Positions 29,192 to 37,933 of a stretch of 64,000 nucleotides of DNA are shown in pieces. Within the stretch, counting starts at the first letter, position 1, and the number at the start of each line of letters is the position of its first letter. Source of the DNA: an uncultured Spirochaetota bacterium (lineage in GTDB: Bacteria; Spirochaetota; Spirochaetia; SZUA-6; Fen-1364). Position numbers and translations under genes: made by a program. The stretch is from contig CAVUXE010000028.1 of assembly GCA_963745235.1 (NCBI GenBank), positions 32,001 through 96,000 on the forward strand. The letters are read 5' to 3'. The notes under the pieces are model-generated. The model was not told where the DNA came from. It saw only the letters and a list, made by a program, of their open reading frames with translations, and ran no database searches.

Positions 29192-30689
29192 GTTTGTGCC
29201 ACCCCTGGATTTCCGCCAGCAACTGCTCTTCCCCCGCCTCGGTGCGGGCGAGGATCCTGCTCAGGCGACCCTTGTACATCACGAAGATCCTGTCCGAGAT
29301 CCCCAGGATTTCGTTGTGGTCGGTCGACACCACCATGATCGCCTTCCCCTCCGCGGCGAGGGAGCTCAGCATCCGGTAGATCTCCGCCTTGGCGCCCACG
29401 TCGATGCCGCGGGTAGGCTCGATGAACAGCAGGATGTCCAGGTTGCTGAGAAGCCACCTGGCCACGATGGTCTTCTGCTGGTTTCCGCCGCTCAGCGTCC
29501 TCATGCGGGAGTTGGGCGTCCTCAGCGTGATGCCCACCTTGCGGATGAGATCCACCGCGGAAGCGCGCTCCCTGCGGTTATTGAGGAGTGGAAACGCCCG
29601 GCTGCGGCGGAAGGCGGGCAAAGAGGGAAGCGTGATGTTCTCCTTGACGGACATTTCAAGAATCAGGCCCTCATCTTTTCTGTTCTCCGTAAGGAGGCAG
29701 ATCCCGGCGTCGATGGCTTCCCGGGGAGAGTGAATCAGGATCTCTTTCCCGCGCCGCCGCACATGGCCTTCAGACTTTTCCATGATCCCGAACAGGGACC
29801 GCAGCAGCTCATTCTGCCCGGCCCCCAGGAGGCCGGTCACGCCGATGATTTCGCCCGGGTAGAGATCGAAGCTGACGTCCTGGACGCGTGAGCCGATGCT
29901 CAGGTTCCTCACCTGGAGCGCCGGCTCCTCCGACAGTGCCCCGCGATGGCTGGCTGCCTGGTAGAAAGCGTCCGCCTTCTGCCCGATCATCGCCTCGATC
30001 AGCTCATCCTCCGTGACACCTGCCACCTCCACGGTTTTCACAGTCTTTCCATTTCTGAGAATGGTGCCGCGGTTGCAGAATTGGAGAACCTCCCGCAGGC
30101 GGTGGGTGATGAAAATGATGGAGGCCCCGGTGTCGCGGATGCGGTTCAGGATCTGGAACAGATGCTCCGTATCCTCCTGGGTCAAGGGCGCGGTAGGCTC
30201 ATCGAGAATGAGGACCTTCAGGTCGTGGGAAAGGGCTTTTGCAATCTCCACCAGCTGACGCTGGGCAAGGGGAAGGTCGGCGATCTTTTCTTCGATATTG
30301 ATGTCTTCGATGCCCAGCTGCTCCAGGATCTCCTTCGATCTCCTGCGCAGCGTCCGGCCGTCAACGGCAAGGGGACTGCCCGGCTCCCGGCCGAGAAACA
30401 TGTTCTCCGCAACAGTGAGATTGGAGAGGAGGCTCAGCTCCTGGTAGACGGTGACGATTCCCTTTTGCAGCGCTTCCCGGGGATGGCGGAAGGAGAGCTC
30501 CTTCCCATCCAGAGTGATGATCCCGTCGTCCGCAGCGTACATCCCGGACAGGATTTTCATCATGGTAGATTTCCCGGCCCCGTTCTGCCCGATCACGGAG
30601 TGGATTTCTCCGCCCTCCACGGACAGGCTGGCGTGGTCCAGCGCAAGGACCCCGGGGAAGCGCTTTGTCATGTTTCGCATTTCGAGCAC
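29175..30689 (-). CDS. Sugar ABC transporter ATP-binding protein (two NBDs)
   Basis: GQNGAGKS, ILDEPT and LSGGNQQK. Confidence 0.95.
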   Translation of the reverse strand: MLEMRNMTKRFPGVLALDHASLSVEGGEIHSVIGQNGAGKSTMMKILSGMYAADDGIITLDGKELSFRHPREALQKGIVTVYQELSLLSNLTVAENMFLGREPGSPLAVDGRTLRRRSKEILEQLGIEDINIEEKIADLPLAQRQLVEIAKALSHDLKVLILDEPTAPLTQEDTEHLFQILNRIRDTGASIIFITHRLREVLQFCNRGTILRNGKTVKTVEVAGVTEDELIEAMIGQKADAFYQAASHRGALSEEPALQVRNLSIGSRVQDVSFDLYPGEIIGVTGLLGAGQNELLRSLFGIMEKSEGHVRRRGKEILIHSPREAIDAGICLLTENRKDEGLILEMSVKENITLPSLPAFRRSRAFPLLNNRRERASAVDLIRKVGITLRTPNSRMRTLSGGNQQKTIVARWLLSNLDILLFIEPTRGIDVGAKAEIYRMLSSLAAEGKAIMVVSTDHNEILGISDRIFVMYKGRLSRILARTEAGEEQLLAEIQGWHKHAQGR

Positions 30690-30754
30690 AGTGTTCCCGC
30701 GCCTCTCTTCCCGTTACTTCATAGCTTGTGCACACATTCCGCGCAAGACAGGGA

Positions 30755-30778
30755 GGAGGCCGGGGTGCCCCGGCCTCC
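30755..30778 (-). terminator. Intercistronic stem-loop after binding-protein gene
   Basis: GGAGGCCGGGG-tg-CCCCGGCCTCC perfect inverted repeat just after the stop at 30791. Confidence 0.6.
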
Positions 30779-30790
30779 CGCCGTTGAGGG

Positions 30791-31867
30791 TTACTTCCCC
30801 ATGTACTGGGCAACGATCTCGTCGAGCGGCTTCTCGTACGGGAAGGTCGTCAGATTGGTCGTCATGTCCTTGGCGAGCTTGATTGCCGCGTCCGCGTTGT
30901 CCTTGGTGATCAGCGTGCCTTTGATCAGGATTTCAGCAGGCACTTTCTCACCCATGGCGATCCGGAAGGGAACCCACGCCTTCCAGAATCCCGAGTACTC
31001 GGGCCCAAGGAGGACCGTGGCCGACATCTTTCCATCCTTGATGTCCTGGAGCGCGAAGTCATCCCCGTCCACAGACACCATGATGATCTTTCCATCACCG
31101 GTCTTTCCGGCCTTTCCATCCCAGAGCCGGCCCGCCTGGTCGACCGCGTTGAGGGCGGGGACGGTGAGGCTGTCGCTGTTGCCGTACACGAGGTCGAGGT
31201 CGGGATAGGCGGTCAGCCAGTTTTCCATGATCTCAACCGCGCGCTTGGGGTCCCATCCGGTGGGCTCCTTTGCGACGATCTTGATGTCAGGATACTTGGC
31301 AAGCACGTCCGACCATCCGCCGGAGCGTTCCGTGTTCAGACCCTGTCCGAGCAGGCCCTGGAGGTTGGCAACCTTGCCGGCCGGGGAGCCGTTCTTCTGC
31401 GTCAGCAGCTTCACGGAATACTCGCCCTCCAGGCGGCCGGTGTTCCTTTCATCGAACCCCAGCATGGTCGCCATTCCATCGATCTTGCTGTGCAGGGCAA
31501 CCACCGGGATGTGGGCGGCGGCCGCGTATGCCATTGCCGGGCCGAATGCCTTCACGTCGATGAAGTTGACGGCAATCGCATCCACCTTCTGGTTGACGAG
31601 GTTCTCGAATGCCTGGATCTGCTTGTTGACGTCACCTTCGCCGCTTGCCACCTTCAGCTCGAAGCCGAACCTGCGCGCGGCTTCCTTTGCGCCGTTGACC
31701 TCCCCGATGTGGAACGGATTGCTCAGATCGATCTGGACCAGGCCGATCACTTTTTTGCCGGTTGACGCCTGCGAGGCGGCTTCCTGCTTTCCGCCCGCGA
31801 ATGCGCCAACTGCCACGAGAAGTGAGCCGACAATGCTCAGAATCAAGACTCGAATCAGAGTTCGCAT
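30791..31867 (-). CDS. Sugar ABC transporter substrate-binding protein
   Basis: Signal peptide ending AFAGGKQE; Peripla_BP_4-like (NPFH, SVDG); AGGAGG RBS. Confidence 0.9.
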   Translation of the reverse strand: MRTLIRVLILSIVGSLLVAVGAFAGGKQEAASQASTGKKVIGLVQIDLSNPFHIGEVNGAKEAARRFGFELKVASGEGDVNKQIQAFENLVNQKVDAIAVNFIDVKAFGPAMAYAAAAHIPVVALHSKIDGMATMLGFDERNTGRLEGEYSVKLLTQKNGSPAGKVANLQGLLGQGLNTERSGGWSDVLAKYPDIKIVAKEPTGWDPKRAVEIMENWLTAYPDLDLVYGNSDSLTVPALNAVDQAGRLWDGKAGKTGDGKIIMVSVDGDDFALQDIKDGKMSATVLLGPEYSGFWKAWVPFRIAMGEKVPAEILIKGTLITKDNADAAIKLAKDMTTNLTTFPYEKPLDEIVAQYMGK

Positions 31868-31890
31868 CTGGTGAGTCCTCCTTGCGGCCG

Positions 31891-31919
31891 ATGGTACAGC
31901 CCGCCTTTCCATATGTCAA
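31891..31919 (-). promoter_or_regulatory. Sigma70 promoter of the 31.9-19.9 kb operon
   Basis: TTGACA (31914-31919), 17 nt, TACCAT (31891-31896) on minus. Confidence 0.75.
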
Positions 31920-31933
31920 CTAGCCGATAAAGA

Positions 31934-31949
31934 CTTTACAAAAGTAAAG
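31934..31949. promoter_or_regulatory. Candidate operator for the adjacent SorC-family regulator
   Basis: Perfect palindrome CTTTAC-AAAA-GTAAAG between the divergent promoters. Confidence 0.55.
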
Positions 31950-31997
31950 CATGGTGAGCTATTGAGTGATTATTTTTCTTTAATGTACAGTATGCTA

Positions 31998-32984
31998 ATG
32001 GCAGGAAACGACCAGGACCTGATGATCTCTGTCGCGGTCGACTACTACGAAAAAGAACTCTCCCAAAAGGAAATTGCCGAGAAATACAAGATTTCCCGGG
32101 TAACGGTTTCCAGCTACCTCAAGCGGTCTCGCCAGGAAGGCATCGTGGACATCCGGGTGAACAAGAAGCCTTCCCTCGCGTTCTCCCTCCAGACAGAGCT
32201 GCAGTCCTGCCTGGCGATGGAAAAAGTGGTGGTGTGCACCTCGGATTCGGACGAGACGCGGACGCGGATCATTGTGGGCAGGGCGGCCTCCGACCTGCTG
32301 AAATCCGGTCTCCACGATGACATCACCATCGGAATCAGCTACGGCACGACGCTGTACGAGACGGTGCACCAGCTCATCGTGAGAAGGCACTTCAAGGGTG
32401 TGCAGGTGGTGCAGCTCCTCGGGGCCATGGGCTCGCGGGACCCGATGCAGGACGGGTTCGAGCTGGCGAGGACGCTTGCCGTCAAGGTGGACGGCACCTA
32501 CAGGATCATCCAGGCGCCGCTCGTGGTGCAGAACGAGCACCTGAAAGAGATGCTCCTGAACGAACCGCAGATCGCGGCGGTCATGGAGCTCGCCCGTTCG
32601 GCGGACATGGCGATCCTCGGTGTCAGCTCGAACAGGCCGGAAATCAGCGGGATCGTCCGGGCAGGTTTTCTTTCCAGCGAGGAATCCGCCAGGCTCTACG
32701 AAGAGGGCGCAGTGGGGAATGTCTGCGGCATGCACTTCGACGTGCATGGCGGAATCCTCCCGCTGTCAATGAACAACAGGACCATTGCCATAGAACCAGA
32801 AGAGCTGCGGGCAATTCCCCTGCGCATTGCCGTTGCCTGCGGCATCCGAAAGGCGGACGCCATCCTTGGCGCCGTCCGCGCAGGCTTTGCAAACGCCCTT
32901 GTCACGGATACGGACGCGGCCCTGACGATGATCAGCCTCATCAAGGCCGGGGATCAGGCATCAAGAGTGCCCGGCCAGGCGTGA
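31998..32984 (+). CDS. SorC/DeoR(B. subtilis)/LsrR-family sugar-binding transcriptional regulator
   Basis: YYE..LSQ.EIA....SR.TVS..L..GIV.I HTH, GISYGTT, GAVG..CG..FD and LVTD; start could be 31992 or 31998. Confidence 0.9.
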   Translation: MAGNDQDLMISVAVDYYEKELSQKEIAEKYKISRVTVSSYLKRSRQEGIVDIRVNKKPSLAFSLQTELQSCLAMEKVVVCTSDSDETRTRIIVGRAASDLLKSGLHDDITIGISYGTTLYETVHQLIVRRHFKGVQVVQLLGAMGSRDPMQDGFELARTLAVKVDGTYRIIQAPLVVQNEHLKEMLLNEPQIAAVMELARSADMAILGVSSNRPEISGIVRAGFLSSEESARLYEEGAVGNVCGMHFDVHGGILPLSMNNRTIAIEPEELRAIPLRIAVACGIRKADAILGAVRAGFANALVTDTDAALTMISLIKAGDQASRVPGQA

Positions 32985-33002
32985 TGAACGGACGGTCTTC
33001 CC

Positions 33003-33326
33003 CTATTGTGCGCGAGTCGAAACGAGCCTCTCGAGCTCCGTCCTGACATCGCGCACCACGATGAGAGCCAGCACCACCAGGACGGCCAGCGCCAGGGAGC
33101 ATGTTCCATAGAACAGTGAGAAGCTTCCCGTTCTGATCGGATGTCCTCCAATTGCAGCGCCGATTCCGCCGCCGCCCATAAAGGCGAAGGCCACCAGTGA
33201 CATTGCCATCCCCCGGGCTTTGGGCGCGAACTCGGTTGCGACTGTCAGCAGGGTCGAATGCGCGAGCATGAATCCCAGCCCCAGCAGGCCGATGCCGGCA
33301 ATCAGCGCGGGAAGCTGCCCGCCGGC
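33003..33326 (-). pseudogene. C-terminal remnant of an MFS transporter
   Basis: GLLGLGFMLAHSTL..ATE.AP.ARG.AMSL..F..MGGG.G..IGG matches the final MFS helices; no N-terminal part present. Confidence 0.65.
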
Positions 33327-33327
33327 C

Positions 33328-33483
33328 CGAAACGGTGGACATGTCGCTGCCGATAAGTGTGGTCAGCTCGTTGGCGCAGTGCATGTGCTCCGACAGCCTG
33401 TCGACGATGTACAGGCTGGGATGGGCCAGCGCCTTGATGACGGCGGCGCGCCGTTCGTATCTTCTTGCGGTCTTCGTATCAAT
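33328..33483 (-). pseudogene. N-terminal remnant of an ArsR/SmtB-family regulator
   Basis: Manual translation IDTKTARRYERRAAVIKALAHPS-LYIVDRLSEHMHCANELTTLIGSDMSTVS; ATT at the expected start; truncated within the recognition helix. Confidence 0.7.
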
Positions 33484-33488
33484 GGTTA

Positions 33489-33523
33489 TTTGGCGGTTAA
33501 GCCAAAGTACCAGAAATTGTCAA
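33489..33523 (-). promoter_or_regulatory. ArsR-type operator and -35 box
   Basis: TTTGGC-N6-GCCAAA at 33489-33506; TTGACA (minus) at 33518-33523. Confidence 0.5.
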
Positions 33524-33563
33524 CAATCCAGGCGGGTCAACGGCTTCAGACTCTGACGACGTT

Positions 33564-34253
33564 TTAGTGGTGATCGCAGTCCTTCCCGTCGTGGTGACCG
33601 TGAGCATGGCCGACGCAGGCGGTGCCTGAATCCTCAAGACTCCCAGCGCTGAATCGCTCCACCGCCTCCCGTGTGCCACCCGAAACACCCCGAATTACCT
33701 CGATCCCGTGGGCATGCATGATCCGCACAGCGCCTTCGCCCATGTTGCCCGCGACCATATGGGTGACGCCCATCCGTGAGAGGATTCCTGCGATGTCCGA
33801 TTTGCAGCCGCAGCCCTCGGGCGAATCTACGCTTTCTTCGGAAGCGATTTGCCGACCTTCATCAAGGGCATACACCATGAAATGCTCGCAGTGTCCGAAA
33901 TGCTCATCCACCTGACCTTCCCGTGCGGGAACCGCTACCTTCATCAGCTGCTCTCCTTCCTCGTGAATAGCGACTTCTCCGCCTTCAATGCGGAGGAGCT
34001 TTCCATTGATGATGGCATCGGCCACCTTGCGCCGGGCCGATTCCACGATGCGCCCAAATGTCTGCCGCGAGACCGCCATTCGGAGGGCAGCGGCCTCCTG
34101 GTAGAGGCCATCCAGGTCGGCCAGGCGGATGGATTCCGCTTCGTCCAGGCTGAGGACCACTTCCGCAAGCGCGCGGCCCTGCACCCCCGCGGGCTTGAAG
34201 GCTCGGGCAGAGACGCCGCACCTTACCCGGCGCTCGTTCAAAGGACGAGCCGT
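33564..34253 (-). CDS. DUF134 (UPF0251) HTH fused to a NifB/NifX-family domain with a His/Cys-rich tail; start codon reads ACG
   Basis: ARP...RRV..FKP.G, DE.ESIRLADL.GL.QE.AA..M.VSRQTF.RI...AR.KVADA, then MKVAVP..V.EHFGHC..F and AGNMG.GA. Confidence 0.8.
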   Translation of the reverse strand, partial: TARPLNERRVRCGVSARAFKPAGVQGRALAEVVLSLDEAESIRLADLDGLYQEAAALRMAVSRQTFGRIVESARRKVADAIINGKLLRIEGGEVAIHEEGEQLMKVAVPAREGQVDEHFGHCEHFMVYALDEGRQIASEESVDSPEGCGCKSDIAGILSRMGVTHMVAGNMGEGAVRIMHAHGIEVIRGVSGGTREAVERFSAGSLEDSGTACVGHAHGHHDGKDCDHH

Positions 34254-34290
34254 AACGACACTCCGTCTGGATGGCTCATTTGTCGGTCTC

Positions 34291-34319
34291 ACGATATGAG
34301 CATATGCCAATAATGTCAA
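34291..34319 (-). promoter_or_regulatory. Sigma70 promoter with a palindrome in the spacer (likely DUF134 autoregulatory site)
   Basis: TTGACA (34314-34319), 17 nt, TATCGT; GCATATGC palindrome at 34300-34307 within TATGA-GCATATGC-CAATA. Confidence 0.6.
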
Positions 34320-34347
34320 GAGACTGAAGATCCGTCAGGCAAGTCCC

Positions 34348-35016
34348 CTATATCGCTCTCATGCCCTGAGCAACTGCAACGAGCATGTCTGCCGCCGCCG
34401 CCTCGGGGTAGGCGCCGATCATCGCCTGCGGGCTTTCCCCGATGACGGTATGAGGAACACCGGAGACCTGGTACTTGTTCGCAAGATGGGGAAACTCCGA
34501 AGCCTCAACCATCGAAGCGTGCACCTTCTCCGATTCCATGGCGAAGCGGAACGCCGTGAGGACCGCCCGGGGGCAGTAGGGGCAGGTGGGAGTCACAAAT
34601 ACCTGCAAGCTCACCGGTGAGGTCAGCGATTTGAGCTTTTCTCGCGTCGTGGGGTCGAGCCCCGAATCCCCCTTTGCCACCATTTCCAGGGATTCAAGGA
34701 GAGAAGTGAACTCGTATCCTGCGGGAATACCGAAGAACCTTATCCCATAATCCTCCCCCGTGCCGCTGAGCACCGCGAGCGCTGGTGCCTTGTCGATCCC
34801 CATCCGATCGGCCTTCATCTTGTCTCTGACCAGGTCGAAGAGCTCCGTCGTGACTTTGCCCTCGGATAATCCAGCGACTTCCTCCGCCAATTCGCGGGTT
34901 TGCCGGCAATACTCGCATTCGAGCTCCTGGGTGAAAATCGCGAAAATCACCCGGCCCGGCAGCTTTGCCAACCTTTCCCGAACAGCTTTCGCATCCTTGT
35001 CGTTGATAAGAGCCAT
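34348..35016 (-). CDS. Protein disulfide oxidoreductase (two thioredoxin folds, AhpF-NTD/PfPDO-like)
   Basis: CEYC and CPYC motifs, GIPAGYEF.SL, V.GVP; GGGAGG RBS. Confidence 0.88.
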   Translation of the reverse strand: MALINDKDAKAVRERLAKLPGRVIFAIFTQELECEYCRQTRELAEEVAGLSEGKVTTELFDLVRDKMKADRMGIDKAPALAVLSGTGEDYGIRFFGIPAGYEFTSLLESLEMVAKGDSGLDPTTREKLKSLTSPVSLQVFVTPTCPYCPRAVLTAFRFAMESEKVHASMVEASEFPHLANKYQVSGVPHTVIGESPQAMIGAYPEAAAADMLVAVAQGMRAI

Positions 35017-35106
35017 ACGTTCCTCCCTGCCGAGTATGTCGCGTGTCTTCACCCGGCGGCGCGGCGCGCTGCACTGCTCACGCCGGCCGCCAGTCGAAGG
35101 ACCTTG

Positions 35107-35316
35107 TCAGGCAGCGCTCTTCCTCTTGGTCGACAGCCCAAAAGGAAGATACAACGGGCACACTCCCACGATCCCGGTCACCAGGAAGACGACCGCAAGG
35201 ATCCCAAGGATGATGGCCGCGACCACTGAAAGCTGGTGTGTGAAGTATAATGCCGCCACCACGGCCGCAAGCACGATCCTTCCCACCCTGTCCCCAATTC
35301 CCATGTTCTGTTTCAT
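35107..35316 (-). CDS. DUF2892 (YgaP-like) small membrane protein
   Basis: MKQNMG..DR..R, two TM helices, G.CPLY.PFGLST; GGAGGA RBS. Confidence 0.85.
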   Translation of the reverse strand: MKQNMGIGDRVGRIVLAAVVAALYFTHQLSVVAAIILGILAVVFLVTGIVGVCPLYLPFGLSTKRKSAA

Positions 35317-35411
35317 CGCTTTCCTCCTCCGAAGAATTGATTGCAGTCATAACGTAAAGGAAGGAAGCGAATTCATCAGTGACTTTCGTCACGTAGCGCG
35401 GGGTTTTCAGT

Positions 35412-37865
35412 TCAAAGCCCGAGTCGCTTGAAAATATAGTACTTGGGCAACTCTACGGCGAGAGTGAAGAGTCCTGAGAATGCCAGCACGAACAGCACAG
35501 GGAAGACGCCAAGTCCCTGAATGATTCCTCCAAAAATGCCAAGGAGGGAAAAGACCACAATGGCAGCCGTAGAGGAGATGAGGATGCCCCGGCCCGGCCG
35601 GGAATCCCAGAAGTGACGCCTCTCGCGCACGAGGTAAATCCTGAACTGACTTGTGAAAACGAGCATCAACAGAACGAAGGTGCGCAACCCTTCACCATTC
35701 AGATGGAAAAGGTTCCTGCCAGTCAGAATGGTGAGCCACCCTTCCAGGATGAAGAAAACCCCGATTCCCGCGGAGGCCAGGGTGACGTTCTTCACGTTCC
35801 AGTTGTTGGGATTTCTGGTGTACTTCACGTTGTCCGTGGAGAGCGTCATGGTCACAAAGTCGTTGGCGAACACCAGGAGCGCCATGCCAAGGAGAGAAAC
35901 CACAAGGTCATGCAGCCAGAAAAAGCCCAGGGTCAGGATTCCGACCAGCTGGATCGTCTTCGTGACTTTGTTGATGACCCAGGTGAGCATCCGCTGGTAG
36001 ATCTGCCGGCTTGACTTCAGCGCGTCGATGATGACCCTGATGCCCGGCTCGGTGAGAACCATGCTCGCCGATGCCTTGGCCACATTCGTGGCGCCTTTGA
36101 CCGCGATGCCGACCTCAGCCTGCTTCAGTGCAGGCGCGTCATTGACACCATCACCGGTCATCCCTGAGATGTGCCCGTGCCCCTGCAGGAGCTTTACGAT
36201 TTTGTACTTATCCTCCGGATAGACTTCCGCCAGCACGTCGCATCCCTGGACAATCCGCATCTGCTCGGGCTCGCTGGAGGCCGTGAGCTCTCCCATGCGC
36301 ATGACGGTTTCGCCAATGCCTAGTTCCAACGACATTTGTCGGGCGATTGCGATGTTGTCGCCGGTGACCATGATGGGCTTTACGCCGAGAGTCCTGGCCT
36401 CCTCTATCATCTGCTTTGCATCGGGGCGGGGCGGATCGGCCAGGGCCAGCAGGCCAACCAGCTCGAAGTCATCCCCGTCCGCGGAGCGGGATCTCGCCAC
36501 CGCCAGGGTTCTGGACCCTTTTCGAGACAGAGTTTCTACCATGTCGCCGGCCGCCTTCACAATTGCGCCGTCCGTGAGGCGGGAAAGGGAGAGCACCACC
36601 TGGGGAGCGCCCTTCACCGCCCGGAAACGGTTTGCGCCTTCCTGGATGAGCGCTTCGGAACGCTTGGTGGCGGGCTCGAATGGCGTAACCGAAATCTGGC
36701 GGTATTCCGAGTTGCTGATACCGGCGGCGCCGGCGCGCTCGCGAACCGCCATGTCGAGGCCGTCCTTGCTCTCCGGCTGCGCGGTAAGAGCGGCCATCCC
36801 GAGTACATCTTTTACCTCATGCCCCGCATACGGAATGACTTCGGTCACTGAAAGCTGGTTCATTGTGAGCGTGCCGGTCTTGTCGAGACAGAGCACATCG
36901 AGAGATGCCGCGTCTTCCATGGAGTCGAGGCGGGTGACCAGCACTCCTTTCCTGACAAGCTCCATTGCGCCGACCGCCTGTACGATGGTAAGAACCGCAG
37001 GCAGAGCCACCGGCACGGCGCCCATGAGGAAAATCACTGCAAAGGTAACGACCGACAGTACTCCGATCTTCATCAGCAGGGCGCCAACGGCAACAGCGAC
37101 AAGCGCCGCGATTCCGAGGAACATCATGTATCTCACGATGGACAGCATGATCTGTTCCTGGTGGGACTTCGGTTGCGCGGTCTGCACAAGCTCCGCGGTC
37201 CGACCGAAGTAGGTGTTGCTCCCCGTGTTGACCACGAGGCAGTGAGCCTCTCCGCGCTTCACGACCGAACTTGAGTAGAGGATGTCCGACGGTCCAACCT
37301 CCACAGGAAGCGATTCGCCCGTCAATGCGGACTGATCCACGGACAGTGCGCCGCGCAGGACCTTGGCATCCGCAGGGACGATGTCCCCCATCTGGACCAC
37401 AGCAATATCTCCCGGCACGATCTCGGATACGTCTCTGGTAACCCACGCGCCCCCGCGACGCACCACGGCATTGACGGCCAGCCTTTCCTTGAGCAGCTCA
37501 AGGGCTCTCTGTGAGTTTCTGGAATGAAGGAAACCGATGATCGCGTTGGTCACGATCAGGATTGCAATGATGACGGCTTCCAGGTCATGTCCAAGAAAAA
37601 CAGAGAGAGCGATCGCCAGCTCCAGCAGCCACGGCATTGGCCCCCAGAACCGGGACAAGAACTCGATGATCGGGTTCTTCTTCCTGGCGGCGACTTCGTT
37701 CCTGCCGTATGTCTTCAGCCTCTTCTCGACCTCAGCCTCGTCGAGACCCTCGACGACTGATCCCAGCGCTCGAAGGGCATCTTCAATGGGCATCGTCTTG
37801 TATTCGGTGGTTCCTTTTGCGGCTGGTCCGTCGACTCCGGGCTCGGCTGAGGGGCTTTCTTCCAT
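35412..37865 (-). CDS. P-type ATPase, type IIIA (plasma-membrane proton-efflux ATPase)
   Basis: FWGPMPW.LE, LTGES, VPVALP, DKTGTLT, PF.P..KR, KGAP, MTGDGVNDAPALK and 'FAND' in TM6. Confidence 0.9.
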   Translation of the reverse strand: MEESPSAEPGVDGPAAKGTTEYKTMPIEDALRALGSVVEGLDEAEVEKRLKTYGRNEVAARKKNPIIEFLSRFWGPMPWLLELAIALSVFLGHDLEAVIIAILIVTNAIIGFLHSRNSQRALELLKERLAVNAVVRRGGAWVTRDVSEIVPGDIAVVQMGDIVPADAKVLRGALSVDQSALTGESLPVEVGPSDILYSSSVVKRGEAHCLVVNTGSNTYFGRTAELVQTAQPKSHQEQIMLSIVRYMMFLGIAALVAVAVGALLMKIGVLSVVTFAVIFLMGAVPVALPAVLTIVQAVGAMELVRKGVLVTRLDSMEDAASLDVLCLDKTGTLTMNQLSVTEVIPYAGHEVKDVLGMAALTAQPESKDGLDMAVRERAGAAGISNSEYRQISVTPFEPATKRSEALIQEGANRFRAVKGAPQVVLSLSRLTDGAIVKAAGDMVETLSRKGSRTLAVARSRSADGDDFELVGLLALADPPRPDAKQMIEEARTLGVKPIMVTGDNIAIARQMSLELGIGETVMRMGELTASSEPEQMRIVQGCDVLAEVYPEDKYKIVKLLQGHGHISGMTGDGVNDAPALKQAEVGIAVKGATNVAKASASMVLTEPGIRVIIDALKSSRQIYQRMLTWVINKVTKTIQLVGILTLGFFWLHDLVVSLLGMALLVFANDFVTMTLSTDNVKYTRNPNNWNVKNVTLASAGIGVFFILEGWLTILTGRNLFHLNGEGLRTFVLLMLVFTSQFRIYLVRERRHFWDSRPGRGILISSTAAIVVFSLLGIFGGIIQGLGVFPVLFVLAFSGLFTLAVELPKYYIFKRLGL

Positions 37866-37933
37866 GATTTTTCTCTCCACGTAGAGAATATAGCTCACGG
37901 GGGTAGTGCGTGGATAAAGCGTCGGCCGGCCCC

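Noticed and set aside
33564-34253. Nitrogen fixation inferred from the NifB/NifX-like domain
   Set aside because: This domain is common with DUF134 in non-diazotrophs, and no nif genes are in the window
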